This document shows, in pieces, positions 36,982 to 46,720 of a DNA stretch of 64,000 nucleotides; positions within the stretch are counted from its first letter, which is position 1, and each line of letters opens with the position of its first letter. The translations under genes and the position numbers were made by a program. Source of the stretch: Escherichia phage MX01; the sequence record NC_031934.1; one strand, written 5' to 3'. Below the pieces are notes generated by a model that was given only the letters and a program-made list of their open reading frames with translations, ran no database searches and had not been told where the DNA came from.

Positions 36982-37536
36982 TCAGTTCCTGTAGAACCGG
37001 AATGGGTTTATGTGGAAGGCTAACATAGCCTTAGGGATTTTACGAGACAAAAGACTCTTAAGTTTCCAACCACAGTATACACGAAGGTAAAAGGTAATCC
37101 CACCTACTTTAAGATACGGAACTGAAGCAAAGACTCCCCATGCTTCGTCATTCCACATCCATAACCATCCATGATGAGCTTTATCAGGAGAACCGGATTC
37201 AACGTCAGGATTACCACGATAATGGAATTCTGAGCTACAATCGCGTCCAAGTTTATGGTAAGCAAAGTTATAAGCTTTATTTCGCCACAGCCAAGCTACT
37301 CTCTGGAGATAAACACCGCCAGGCATTTTCCTGATTTTAGCCCAACGTTTAATATGGCCTTTGTCACCGTCAATTGGATTATCGTATGTCATCATCCAAT
37401 CAAAGCCATAAGGCAATTTACCGGTCTTTTTATTATGAAAAGGGACTACAAAAGGTGCAAGGATAACAGCCAGAACCATAGAGATAAAATCTAGAGGGAC
37501 CAACAGTACCCAACTCAAATATTTTAAAAGTTTCAT
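36982..37536 (-). CDS. hypothetical membrane-anchored protein, possibly late-expressed
   Basis: 184 aa, N-terminal TM; TATAAATA on minus strand at 37563..37570 upstream. Confidence 0.4.
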   Translation of the reverse strand: MKLLKYLSWVLLVPLDFISMVLAVILAPFVVPFHNKKTGKLPYGFDWMMTYDNPIDGDKGHIKRWAKIRKMPGGVYLQRVAWLWRNKAYNFAYHKLGRDCSSEFHYRGNPDVESGSPDKAHHGWLWMWNDEAWGVFASVPYLKVGGITFYLRVYCGWKLKSLLSRKIPKAMLAFHINPFRFYRN

Positions 37537-37571
37537 ATTATTTCCTAAGTTAGTTTACTACATATTTATAC

Positions 37572-37600
37572 AAAAAAGGCCCAACCTTTCGGAAGGGCCT
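37572..37600 (-). terminator. terminator hairpin, copy 2 of the identical element
   Basis: Same sequence as 36948..36976. Confidence 0.5.
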
Positions 37601-37835
37601 TTAACCTAGGGTAACCTTGTCGGGGTTCCACCTGCTAGGCAAGTGTTCGGTGCGCCGTTTCTGCTGTGATATAAGGGGACATTAACGAATCGTAAAGATT
37701 TATTAATGCCGGTCCTTAAACAGGGAACATCAGTCCGACGACTTACCGGTAGCGACCCGGTTTCTTGTTTGTTGCGCCGGTGAATGCTGGTAATCAGTCT
37801 TCATACGACGGCTTGACTATATAATAGTCTTCATT

Positions 37836-37910
37836 TGGTATCCCGCCCTGGGATCGAACCAGGACCGCAAACTTAGAAGGATCGTATGCTATCCATTACA
37901 CCAGCGGGAC
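37836..37910 (-). tRNA. tRNA, anticodon UCU (Arg) by manual folding
   Basis: Minus-strand cloverleaf: acceptor GTCCCGC/GCGGGAT, T-arm CCTGG-TTCGATC-CCAGG, anticodon loop CTTCTAA, encoded CCA. Confidence 0.6.
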
Positions 37911-37915
37911 ATAGT

Positions 37916-37992
37916 TGGTGACCCGGACCAGATTTGAACTGGTAACCTTTCCCTTATGAGGGGACTGCTGCTAACCATTGAGCTACGGGGCC
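37916..37992 (-). tRNA. tRNA, anticodon CAU (Met or Ile) by manual folding
   Basis: T-arm ACCAG-TTCAAAT-CTGGT, D-arm GCTC-AATGGTTA, anticodon loop CTCATAA, encoded CCA; one acceptor-stem mismatch. Confidence 0.5.
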
Positions 37993-37997
37993 TTAAT

Positions 37998-38270
37998 TTA
38001 AATTACAAATCCAGCGGGAGCATTATCATCTTTAGCCATGTGCTGAATTGTATGATAAGTCATTTCTTCAGGAGCAACCAGATAAGCCGCCGCGTTAACT
38101 AGTGGAATTATTTTCGGTTTAGCGAATGTGCTATCGGCAATTGCCATAAAGGGCTCGCCATCAGTCTCAACTTCGCCAAATTGGCATTCATATGAAATAG
38201 AACAACGTTTGGTAGTTGTTGTCTTGGTTTCCGGGTCATAAAAAGCTAATTTTAATACTAACATAAACAC
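37998..38270 (-). CDS. hypothetical protein
   Basis: 90-aa ORF. Confidence 0.35.
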   Translation of the reverse strand: MFMLVLKLAFYDPETKTTTTKRCSISYECQFGEVETDGEPFMAIADSTFAKPKIIPLVNAAAYLVAPEEMTYHTIQHMAKDDNAPAGFVI

Positions 38271-38438
38271 CTCAAATAAAATTAAGTAAAGTAAGTTTGA
38301 TTAATAGACCTTGTCTATTATGAAAGGCTCTTTGAGGGAAGAACCTTTGGTAATAGAGGGTATTAATGATAGAGTAATAATAACACATTACTCTTAAAGC
38401 ATATTACTATTTTTAGGAATAGTCTGGCCAAATTTGAT

Positions 38439-38729
38439 TCATTGTGGCCACATATTAATGTAATCAAGTTTAATAGAAGCAATCTTCAAAGGATTTTTAA
38501 AGATGTCGTATTCGATCAATCCGTTTTCAGTTGCGGTGTAGAAAGTAAAGTTAACAGAATTATAACGGCGACCATTAACTTTTAGTTTAACGTCGCTTGA
38601 ACTACGACCAATATTAACCTGTTGGACATCAAGCACAGCACCTTTGCCAAAGTTGCGAATCAGTAGCTCTGCTGCAACCTGGTCCGAATTATAGCCATTC
38701 TCTGGATTAGTAACCTTAACGTATAGCAT
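38439..38729 (-). CDS. hypothetical protein
   Basis: 96-aa ORF. Confidence 0.4.
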   Translation of the reverse strand: MLYVKVTNPENGYNSDQVAAELLIRNFGKGAVLDVQQVNIGRSSSDVKLKVNGRRYNSVNFTFYTATENGLIEYDIFKNPLKIASIKLDYINMWPQ

Positions 38730-39149
38730 TTAACCCTCGTCTACAATAGTATGGGTATTAGCATTAACAATCTGCCACCAGTCACAGTCAAAACGATTAG
38801 AACCGTAACGAGGCTTTTTCTCATTTTCGTTAATAATATCACGTAGTTCGTCTTCAGAAAATGCTTTAGCGATTAAATCGGTATAGCCGCCACGTGGATA
38901 ATAGTTATCACCTGCGAACAGAAGGAAATTTACTTTACCAGAAGGAACATATGCTTCCTTAGGATACTTGTTTCCTGCTTGGTCTACCACTTCAATATAA
39001 CGGTAAGGAATATCGGTACTTTCAACCCATTGCCAAGCTGCAGCAGGGGATTCAAAAGCATCTACACCTAAACGGTTATCTTCATCTTTAGACGGATTAT
39101 TTTCATAATCCGCATATACATAATATTTCATTTTACTCACCTTTTGCAA
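38730..39149 (-). CDS. hypothetical protein
   Basis: 139-aa ORF. Confidence 0.4.
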   Translation of the reverse strand: MQKVSKMKYYVYADYENNPSKDEDNRLGVDAFESPAAAWQWVESTDIPYRYIEVVDQAGNKYPKEAYVPSGKVNFLLFAGDNYYPRGGYTDLIAKAFSEDELRDIINENEKKPRYGSNRFDCDWWQIVNANTHTIVDEG

Positions 39150-39318
39150 TTTTATCCATAACGATAGCGATTAAACCGATTAGAAATGCTACTACCAATG
39201 AGATAGAATTTTCTGTTGTTGTCAGTAGTCCACAAATGAATCCTACAAACATCGAAAAACTAAAAGCCATTGAAGCAATTACTACAGCAACATTACGAAT
39301 CAGTTCAGCGCGTTTCAT
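39133..39318 (-). CDS. hypothetical small membrane protein
   Basis: 61 aa, hydrophobic. Confidence 0.35.
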   Translation of the reverse strand: MKRAELIRNVAVVIASMAFSFSMFVGFICGLLTTTENSISLVVAFLIGLIAIVMDKIAKGE

Positions 39319-39346
39319 TTTATTCTCCTCAGTAGTTGATAGGGTA

Positions 39347-39376
39347 ATAGTATCACTACCCTATCTAAAAGTAAAC
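39347..39376 (-). promoter_or_regulatory. T4-type early promoter within GATAGGGTA/TACCCTATC inverted repeat
   Basis: Minus-strand motif. Confidence 0.45.
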
Positions 39377-39387
39377 GGTTTTATAAA

Positions 39388-39696
39388 CTATTTTATTCCG
39401 CGTGATGCAATCGTATTCTGCCGTTTAACGCCAGTTTGTTTAAAGTTATGATTGTCGAGTTGATCGGTACGAGCAACTCCGAATGATGATTTAATCTTAG
39501 CTTTAGATCCTTTAGTTATAGAAATATACATCTCGGGAGCCCCTTTCTTAAAGTCCGAAGCAATTACTTCAACACCGTTCTTAGCAAGTGACTTCAGAAT
39601 TGCTTCCGCATACTCATCATCAAGACCCGCTTGAGTATGAATAATGAATGTCTTTGGTGCAGCCGCTTCATTGATAAATTCTTGATATGTTTTCAT
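39388..39696 (-). CDS. internal-protein-like protein (CTS-bearing), IPI-locus type
   Basis: Start MKTYQEFINEA; paralog of 26645..26944. Confidence 0.55.
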   Translation of the reverse strand: MKTYQEFINEAAAPKTFIIHTQAGLDDEYAEAILKSLAKNGVEVIASDFKKGAPEMYISITKGSKAKIKSSFGVARTDQLDNHNFKQTGVKRQNTIASRGIK

Positions 39697-39730
39697 TTTG
39701 ATTTCCATTTAGTTTTGTTTTGATAGGGCT

Positions 39731-39760
39731 ATAGTATCACCACTAAAGCCCGTTGTAAAC
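39731..39760 (-). promoter_or_regulatory. T4-type early promoter (GTTTAC, 18 bp, TACTAT)
   Basis: Minus-strand motif. Confidence 0.5.
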
Positions 39761-39762
39761 AA

Positions 39763-40035
39763 TTATTTTAAATAAATTGCATACTTTTTATAACCAGCTG
39801 TTTCGTGACGTAGCCCTTTTTCATTAGCAAAACGTTCAATATTGTTAATTTGATTCTGGTCAAGTTCTGAAGTATCAAATACAAAAAAGTTTCGCTTATT
39901 GCCTAAAGTTACGTGATTAGTCAAATCGATGTTATAGAGATGATTTATATCATCAATCATAGTCTTAACAGATTTGTTAATTTTTACTTCCTCATTAAGA
40001 ATAGATTCAGCGATAAATTCTTGATAAGTTTTCAT
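39763..40035 (-). CDS. internal-protein-like protein (CTS-bearing)
   Basis: 90 aa; starts MKTYQEFIAE. Confidence 0.5.
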   Translation of the reverse strand: MKTYQEFIAESILNEEVKINKSVKTMIDDINHLYNIDLTNHVTLGNKRNFFVFDTSELDQNQINNIERFANEKGLRHETAGYKKYAIYLK

Positions 40036-40058
40036 TTTGATTTCCGTGCGGTTAGTTT

Positions 40059-40100
40059 GTTTACAAGGTCTATAGTATCATGCCTATAGACCTTGTAAAC
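40059..40100 (-). promoter_or_regulatory. perfectly palindromic early promoter element (PeSL-like)
   Basis: GTTTACAAGGTCTATAG-tatcatgc-CTATAGACCTTGTAAAC, 17-bp perfect inverted repeat. Confidence 0.55.
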
Positions 40101-40111
40101 ACCTTTTTAAA

Positions 40112-40789
<678 letters not shown>

Positions 40790-40797
<8 letters not shown>

Positions 40798-41551
40798 TTT
40801 TATTTCCTAATAATTTATCAATAGTGGTGTATAGTTCAGAAAGAGTGCCGTTATTTTCAACAACAACGTCACCAGGTAAAATTGGTAGACCCGCTTCAGT
40901 GATGTGCGAGTCTTGTACTTGACCGGTTTCAGCGCGAACTACATGAATAATCGTAGCACCCATCGCTCTGAGCGAATCAATTTCGTGTGTTTGACGAACA
41001 TCAGGTACGACATAGTATTTCGCATCAGAGTATATTTTATCAAAATAGTCTAAAGCGAACAACTTAACCCAATACATCTTATCAAATTGGTTAACAATAA
41101 TATCAGTCCCAAGGGTCTGCATGAGACGACGTACTGACCAATTGTTATTTTTATTTATTACTTCAAACAGTTGGTCTTTTGTTTCTTCAGACAGATACTG
41201 GACTGGGGTAAGACCATAATGATATGCGGTACGAACGTCCATTCCTGGAATAGGAAGGATATTATTCAGTTTGACAATAGCATTTTCAAAGATATCAATC
41301 ACATCATATGGTTTTAAAGGAAGGATTTCTTCACGGTCGTAACCGATACCTTCAAAACAGTTGAAATCCAGTTTAGGCATATAACTACGGTCGAATACAG
41401 GGTCATCAGAGATGTATTCATAGGCTTCAGCCAGATACTTTTTAATAGGACCTGCGAGCTGAAATTTTACCGAATCCATATTTTCGATTACATAGTTAGC
41501 AACGGTATCCTTACCGCTACGTTTGATTCCTACAATTGATATTAGTTTCAT
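40790..41551 (-). CDS. 1: deoxynucleoside monophosphate kinase gp1
   Basis: 253 aa; KRSGKDT P-loop, WSVRRLMQTLGTD, MYWVKLFALDY. Confidence 0.85.
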
Positions 41552-42141
41552 TATTTTCTCATAGATGGATGCATAGACATACGAGCCACACGTTGTTCGG
41601 CATACGAATCAATTTGTGGACGACCTGTAACTATTGTACCATCTATTTCTACAGCAAACGATTTGAAGTTGAATGTTGCTGTGGCGATTATCGCTGGGTC
41701 AGAATCCTCTTTATAAGAGTACTGGATTTCCGAGAGGTCGGATGGCCAACCACCGTAGTAATGAATGCTCATTACGATTTTCTGTTTGTTGTTATCAAGG
41801 ATGTGGAGGGTGATAGCTTCAGGTTGACCTTTAGGATGCCAGGCTTCTGAATCATGTGTTACATAGTTGTTTAATGACAACATCCACTTATAAACATCAA
41901 GCCATGATTTCAATTCACGGTCCACAAGAAAGTTCACGATCAGTGGGTCGAATTCTACAGTAGAACCTGGCAGCTTAGCACGATGTATGCCCTGGGTCGA
42001 TCCTGGGACGTCTGAGACCGGAATATGGATACCTGGTAGTGTTACATCTTGTACGTTCAATTTGAATGCCTGCGTCATTCCTGCGTCACTAACCTCTAAG
42101 ATAAAGTTAGTAGTGTTAGTTTGGTTAAATAAGCCGTTCAT
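41551..42141 (-). CDS. 3: tail completion / sheath stabiliser gp3-like
   Basis: 196-aa ORF between genes 1 and 2; assigned mainly by synteny. Confidence 0.55.
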   Translation of the reverse strand: MNGLFNQTNTTNFILEVSDAGMTQAFKLNVQDVTLPGIHIPVSDVPGSTQGIHRAKLPGSTVEFDPLIVNFLVDRELKSWLDVYKWMLSLNNYVTHDSEAWHPKGQPEAITLHILDNNKQKIVMSIHYYGGWPSDLSEIQYSYKEDSDPAIIATATFNFKSFAVEIDGTIVTGRPQIDSYAEQRVARMSMHPSMRK

Positions 42142-42223
42142 AGGGTTCCTATATTGCTTAAGTCCCAGACAGTGTATAATGGTCCTAGGTCTGTTCCATT
42201 CAATAACTGGCTGGGATAATAGA

Positions 42224-43051
42224 TTATGAATTCTTCCATACTTTCTGAGCTGAATAACGCTTGCCTTTAGACATGAACTGTTGGAGCGGCATCATTACGA
42301 CATTAGCCCAATCAGACGGTTTTATCTCTACTAAAGGTCCCTTAATATTTCCAGGGATATAAGCCTTAATCATCACGTCGGCGCCAGCGAATCCTTTTAC
42401 CTTACTCCAATCGATTTTTAATTTAGTCGAGTTCGTAATGGTAGGCGTACTCGCGTATTGCTTCAGCAATTCTTCCAGAAATTGCTGACGTGCTTTAGGT
42501 GGAATATAGTGTAAGTTCAGTCCGTACATTAAATTATGCTTACCTAACCCAAGATAAATTATTAAAGGATATTTGTCCCAGTATGGTAGGGTATCCTTAT
42601 GTTTAGCATCATAGATATAAGCATAAAGCTTACCAGGAGACGGTTTAGATACCTGGTGTCCACGAATTCCTTTCTTTAATGTTTCTGTAAACCATTTAGC
42701 TGATTTATTGTTTACGGCAGCGCCTTCGTTAGCAATCTTATCGCGAATACTCTTTCTAAAACTATTCACCAAAATTAATTGACGTTCGGCTTTGGTTAAT
42801 TTATTGCCAGGTTTCTTCTGAAGTTTTTCAACCTGTACAGCAGTTTTAATTCGACTCGAGTATCGAGACATCGCAGATGTAAAGCTAGAATACTTGATGC
42901 CTTTATCTTCAGCGAATTTCTTAGCCGAGACACCTTTAGCCTTGGCATTGGCATATTCAACGCCTAAAGCTATCCATTGTTGTTCTGAACGAGTAGGCTT
43001 AGAACCTTTTGTAGTTTCAGTAGCCTCGTTTATGTAAGAAAATATACTCAT
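42224..43051 (-). CDS. 2: DNA end protector gp2-like
   Basis: ~275 aa basic protein; ATGA overlap with gp4 stop; synteny. Confidence 0.65.
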   Translation of the reverse strand: MSIFSYINEATETTKGSKPTRSEQQWIALGVEYANAKAKGVSAKKFAEDKGIKYSSFTSAMSRYSSRIKTAVQVEKLQKKPGNKLTKAERQLILVNSFRKSIRDKIANEGAAVNNKSAKWFTETLKKGIRGHQVSKPSPGKLYAYIYDAKHKDTLPYWDKYPLIIYLGLGKHNLMYGLNLHYIPPKARQQFLEELLKQYASTPTITNSTKLKIDWSKVKGFAGADVMIKAYIPGNIKGPLVEIKPSDWANVVMMPLQQFMSKGKRYSAQKVWKNS

Positions 43052-43497
43052 CCTTTCCATCCTAATTTTTTCAGTGAGTTTTCGGTAATCAATCTGAAAT
43101 TAATTCCCATTTTATCTGCTGTAGCTTTAGCAGCTTTCCATTTATCTTTATTTACACTCCATGTATAATGTTCGTTGATATATCTCTTTTTAGCAGCTGT
43201 AGTCATTTTAGCAGGTGCCGCTGGAGGATGTGTTTCTTTAAAAGGTTTGACTTCGAAAAAGAATTGTTGTCCATTATCGAACTTCACCCAGAAGTCCATA
43301 AAATACCGACGTTTCTTTCCATCAGCGTTACTAAAATATGGAATCACCACCTCTTCCGAGTTCCACTGGACAACATTAGGATGGTTATCAAGCCAACGCA
43401 TAAGCCATGCTTCCCAAGAGGAACGATATTGGATTTTCTTCCAATCACCTTTATATTTTTGTAAGTTTGTAGGTTTAAATTTCCCTGAGTAGGCCAT
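43048..43497 (-). CDS. 4: head completion protein gp4
   Basis: 149 aa; MAYSGKFKP...; late promoter upstream. Confidence 0.8.
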   Translation of the reverse strand: MAYSGKFKPTNLQKYKGDWKKIQYRSSWEAWLMRWLDNHPNVVQWNSEEVVIPYFSNADGKKRRYFMDFWVKFDNGQQFFFEVKPFKETHPPAAPAKMTTAAKKRYINEHYTWSVNKDKWKAAKATADKMGINFRLITENSLKKLGWKG

Positions 43498-43507
43498 AGT
43501 GCCTCCT

Positions 43508-43530
43508 TATAAATATTAATATTATTTATA
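43508..43530. promoter_or_regulatory. divergent pair of late promoters (TATAAATA on each strand) between genes 4 and 53
   Basis: TATAAATA at 43508..43515 (+) and its reverse complement at 43523..43530 (-), within symmetric GCCTCC...GGAGGC. Confidence 0.65.
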
Positions 43531-43542
43531 CTCGGAGGCACT

Positions 43543-44145
43543 ATGCTCTTCTCATTTTTCGACCCTATCAATTATGAATCAAAAACAGTCAAGCCGGATT
43601 CAGGCTCATTAACCAACGCCGATGTACTGAGCGTGCCGATGACTGATATATTTAGAAATTATAAAGAATATTTTGATAAAGTGGCTAAAAATTATACACT
43701 AAAGACTTATTATATCAATGGGGCCCCTCGTCCAGAAGAATTGGCTAATCAACTTTATGGCAACGTCCAATTATATTGGGTTTTATTGATGTGTAATAAT
43801 GTATACGACCCTTATTACGACTGGATTACAGGTCAAGAAGTTGCATATCAAGCTGCAATCCAAAGATATTCTACTGCAGGCGGTAATCAAGTTCTTTATC
43901 ATGTTAATGAAAAGGGTGAGAAATTCTGGAATCTTGTTAATACTCCAGAAAACCCATATACTTGGTATGATAAAGGCGATACCGAAAAACGTTATCCTCA
44001 ATATGAAGGCCCTTTGGCTGCGGTGGATATTTACGAGGATGCCATTCGTAAAAATGAATATAAGCGTGAAATAAAGATTATAGACCCTAATGACATAGAG
44101 TCCTTTGTTTCTGCCCTTATTCGCGAAATGGAGAAAGCCCTCTAA
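43543..44145 (+). CDS. 53: baseplate wedge subunit gp53
   Basis: 200 aa; MLFSFFDPI...; synteny. Confidence 0.8.
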   Translation: MLFSFFDPINYESKTVKPDSGSLTNADVLSVPMTDIFRNYKEYFDKVAKNYTLKTYYINGAPRPEELANQLYGNVQLYWVLLMCNNVYDPYYDWITGQEVAYQAAIQRYSTAGGNQVLYHVNEKGEKFWNLVNTPENPYTWYDKGDTEKRYPQYEGPLAAVDIYEDAIRKNEYKREIKIIDPNDIESFVSALIREMEKAL

Positions 44146-45887
44146 TGATTAACATGTCTGATAATGTAAGTTGGTTCGTCGGTGTAGTTGAAGACCGAAT
44201 GGACCCACTCCAACAAGGCCGAGTACGCGTGCGCGTATGGGGTATGCACCCCTATGAAAAGGTGCAAGGTCCTGTAAAAGGCCTTCGTACAGAAGATTTA
44301 CCATGGATGTCGGTATTAATGCCTACATCTTCAGCCTCCGTTTCTGGTATCCAAACAGCCATGACTGGTATGGTTCCAGGTACACAGGTTTACGGGCACT
44401 TTCTTGATAAGTGGAAATTAAACGGACTTGTTCTTGGTACATACGGTTCCGCTTCAAGACAGAAGGCTAATCCTAATGAAGGTTTTAGCGACCCGACAGG
44501 TCAATATCCGCTTTATTTAGGTAATGATGCTGCAGCACTAAACCGAGGTGGTGAAGTTGGATATGATGCCACTTCTAACGTAATACAAGATGCAAACACT
44601 GATGTAGGTATTAATCCTGACGGTTTAGATTTAAGTCAAGTCAAACCAGACGATAATCCTAATTTCACAATAGAAAACATGCTTCATCGTGATGAAGGGC
44701 TTCGACTGAAGGTATATTGGGACACCGAAGGTTATCCTACTATAGGTATAGGCCACCTTATTACACCACAACCTATTAGAGATATGAATCGAATAAACAA
44801 AATATTATCTAATCAGGTAGGACGAGAAGTTAAAGGTAACCCTGGTACAATATCAATGGACGAGGTTTCTAAATTATTCCAAGACGACCTTAAAAAAGTC
44901 CAAAATGATATAGGCCGGCATAGTGTTGTAGGTCCTGTTTATAATAAAGAAAACCGTTCGAGACAAATGGCTCTTGAAAACATGGCTTTCCAAATGGGAT
45001 TGGGCGGTTTGGCTAAATTCCGTGGAATGCTTAGTGCAATGTTAATAGGTGATTATAAGAAAGCATTTGAGGAAGCTCGTAATTCAGTATGGTTTAACCA
45101 AACTAAAGGCCGTGCATCAAGGGTATCAATGATTATCCTCACAGGTAACATGGAATCATATGGTATTATGGCCCCTAAAGAAAGAGAATTTAAAGGGCGT
45201 TCGTATAGAATGATTCAAACCTTTGCGGCCCCTACAAATTCAGACCCGGCCGATCCGTGGACTCCAGAAGACACAAGGATTCTTTTTAAAGAACCCGATT
45301 CTAGTTATAAAGGCGAATACCCATATGTCCAGACCATGCAAACTGAAGGTGGACACGTCCAAGAATTTGATAACACCCCAGGGCAAGAGCGTTATCGATT
45401 AATCCATCCTACCGGTAGTTATGAAGAAGTTGCTCCTGATGGTCGCAAAACTTCTAAAACAGTAGCCGATGGGTATTATATGACCCAAGGCGATTCTAAT
45501 ACTTATGTTGGTGGTAATAATAAAGTCAACATAGGCGGTGATGAAACATATTATAATATGGCAAACGTGCGCCGTCAAACTGACGGGTCTGAAAGCATCC
45601 ATATTCGTGGTAATGAAACCAAAACAGTAGAAGGTGATGGAACCCTTATTGTTAAAGGAAATGTCACAGTTCTTGTTGAGGGTAATGCTGATATAACTGT
45701 TAAAGGCGATGCCAAAACCTTAGTTGAAGGCAATCATGACTATACAGTAAATGGAAACGTTAAATGGTCTGTAAATGGAAACGTTGATATGACTGTTGCA
45801 GGTAATTGGTCCGAAACTATGTCGACCATGAGTTCAATTGCATCTGGTCAATATACTATTGATGGTTCGAGGATTGACATTGGCTAA
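44145..45887 (+). CDS. 5: baseplate hub subunit and tail lysozyme gp5
   Basis: 580 aa; OB-fold N-terminus, lysozyme domain MLHRDEGLRLKVYWDTEGYPTIGIGHLI, C-terminal beta-helix repeats. Confidence 0.9.
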   Translation: MINMSDNVSWFVGVVEDRMDPLQQGRVRVRVWGMHPYEKVQGPVKGLRTEDLPWMSVLMPTSSASVSGIQTAMTGMVPGTQVYGHFLDKWKLNGLVLGTYGSASRQKANPNEGFSDPTGQYPLYLGNDAAALNRGGEVGYDATSNVIQDANTDVGINPDGLDLSQVKPDDNPNFTIENMLHRDEGLRLKVYWDTEGYPTIGIGHLITPQPIRDMNRINKILSNQVGREVKGNPGTISMDEVSKLFQDDLKKVQNDIGRHSVVGPVYNKENRSRQMALENMAFQMGLGGLAKFRGMLSAMLIGDYKKAFEEARNSVWFNQTKGRASRVSMIILTGNMESYGIMAPKEREFKGRSYRMIQTFAAPTNSDPADPWTPEDTRILFKEPDSSYKGEYPYVQTMQTEGGHVQEFDNTPGQERYRLIHPTGSYEEVAPDGRKTSKTVADGYYMTQGDSNTYVGGNNKVNIGGDETYYNMANVRRQTDGSESIHIRGNETKTVEGDGTLIVKGNVTVLVEGNADITVKGDAKTLVEGNHDYTVNGNVKWSVNGNVDMTVAGNWSETMSTMSSIASGQYTIDGSRIDIG

Positions 45888-45897
45888 TATCCTACCT

Positions 45898-46419
45898 ATG
45901 AGCACAGATTTAGGAGACTCCATGGAAGGAGCCTCAATCGATGTTACGTTTACCGCTCAATTAGAAACAAACGAAACATTAGTTGAAATAAATATAACAG
46001 AATATGAGCCTACAGAAGGCATTATTGTTGATGGAGCTCATTTATATGGAACCTACGAATCTGTATTTGGATTCTCTGAAGATGCCTTGAAATATCGATT
46101 AAACGATGAATTCGAAACTGCAGGTTCATGGAAAGACCTACCGGCCGACAGTAACACTCAATTATACCTCTGGAAAGCCCCTAGTAATCTCCAGAAGACG
46201 TTTTCTTACACAGTCACATTAACCTATGACTTTAAAGAAGAGTCATCAGGAGGTGATACAGGGAACTCAGGCGGTAGTAACTCTAGAGCTGGCGCAGAAA
46301 CCGATCCGCCTCCGGCTCCTGTAAGAAAAACTCTTACTAAGGTTTATACCAAGGTTATAGTGGGTAATTGGAGTCGCTGGGGAGACCAATTAAGAGAATA
46401 TGTATACGCGAGGTCATAA
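45898..46419 (+). CDS. hypothetical protein (T4 5.1 position)
   Basis: ORF between gp5 and gp5.4; start set at internal ATG. Confidence 0.4.
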   Translation: MSTDLGDSMEGASIDVTFTAQLETNETLVEINITEYEPTEGIIVDGAHLYGTYESVFGFSEDALKYRLNDEFETAGSWKDLPADSNTQLYLWKAPSNLQKTFSYTVTLTYDFKEESSGGDTGNSGGSNSRAGAETDPPPAPVRKTLTKVYTKVIVGNWSRWGDQLREYVYARS

Positions 46420-46712
46420 TGTCGGGCTTAAGTTATAACCAATGTGTAACGGCAGGTCATGAAGCATGGCCTCCTACAGTAATAAATGCCACCCAAGGTA
46501 AAGTATTTACAGGTGGCATTCCTGTATTAGTAGATGGCGACCCTATTACAGAGCACACAGAAATTAAAAAACCATATGAAACCCACGGTGGGGTAACCCA
46601 ACCTAGAACATCAAAGGTATATGTTACAGGCAAAAAGGCCGTCCAGATGGCGGACCCTATTTCGTGCGGAGATACAGTCGCACAAGCCTCATCTAAAGTA
46701 TTCATAAAATAG
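46419..46712 (+). CDS. 5.4: PAAR-repeat spike tip protein gp5.4-like
   Basis: 97 aa from ATG 46419; position after gp5. Confidence 0.6.
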   Translation: MSGLSYNQCVTAGHEAWPPTVINATQGKVFTGGIPVLVDGDPITEHTEIKKPYETHGGVTQPRTSKVYVTGKKAVQMADPISCGDTVAQASSKVFIK

Positions 46713-46720
46713 GAATTAAA

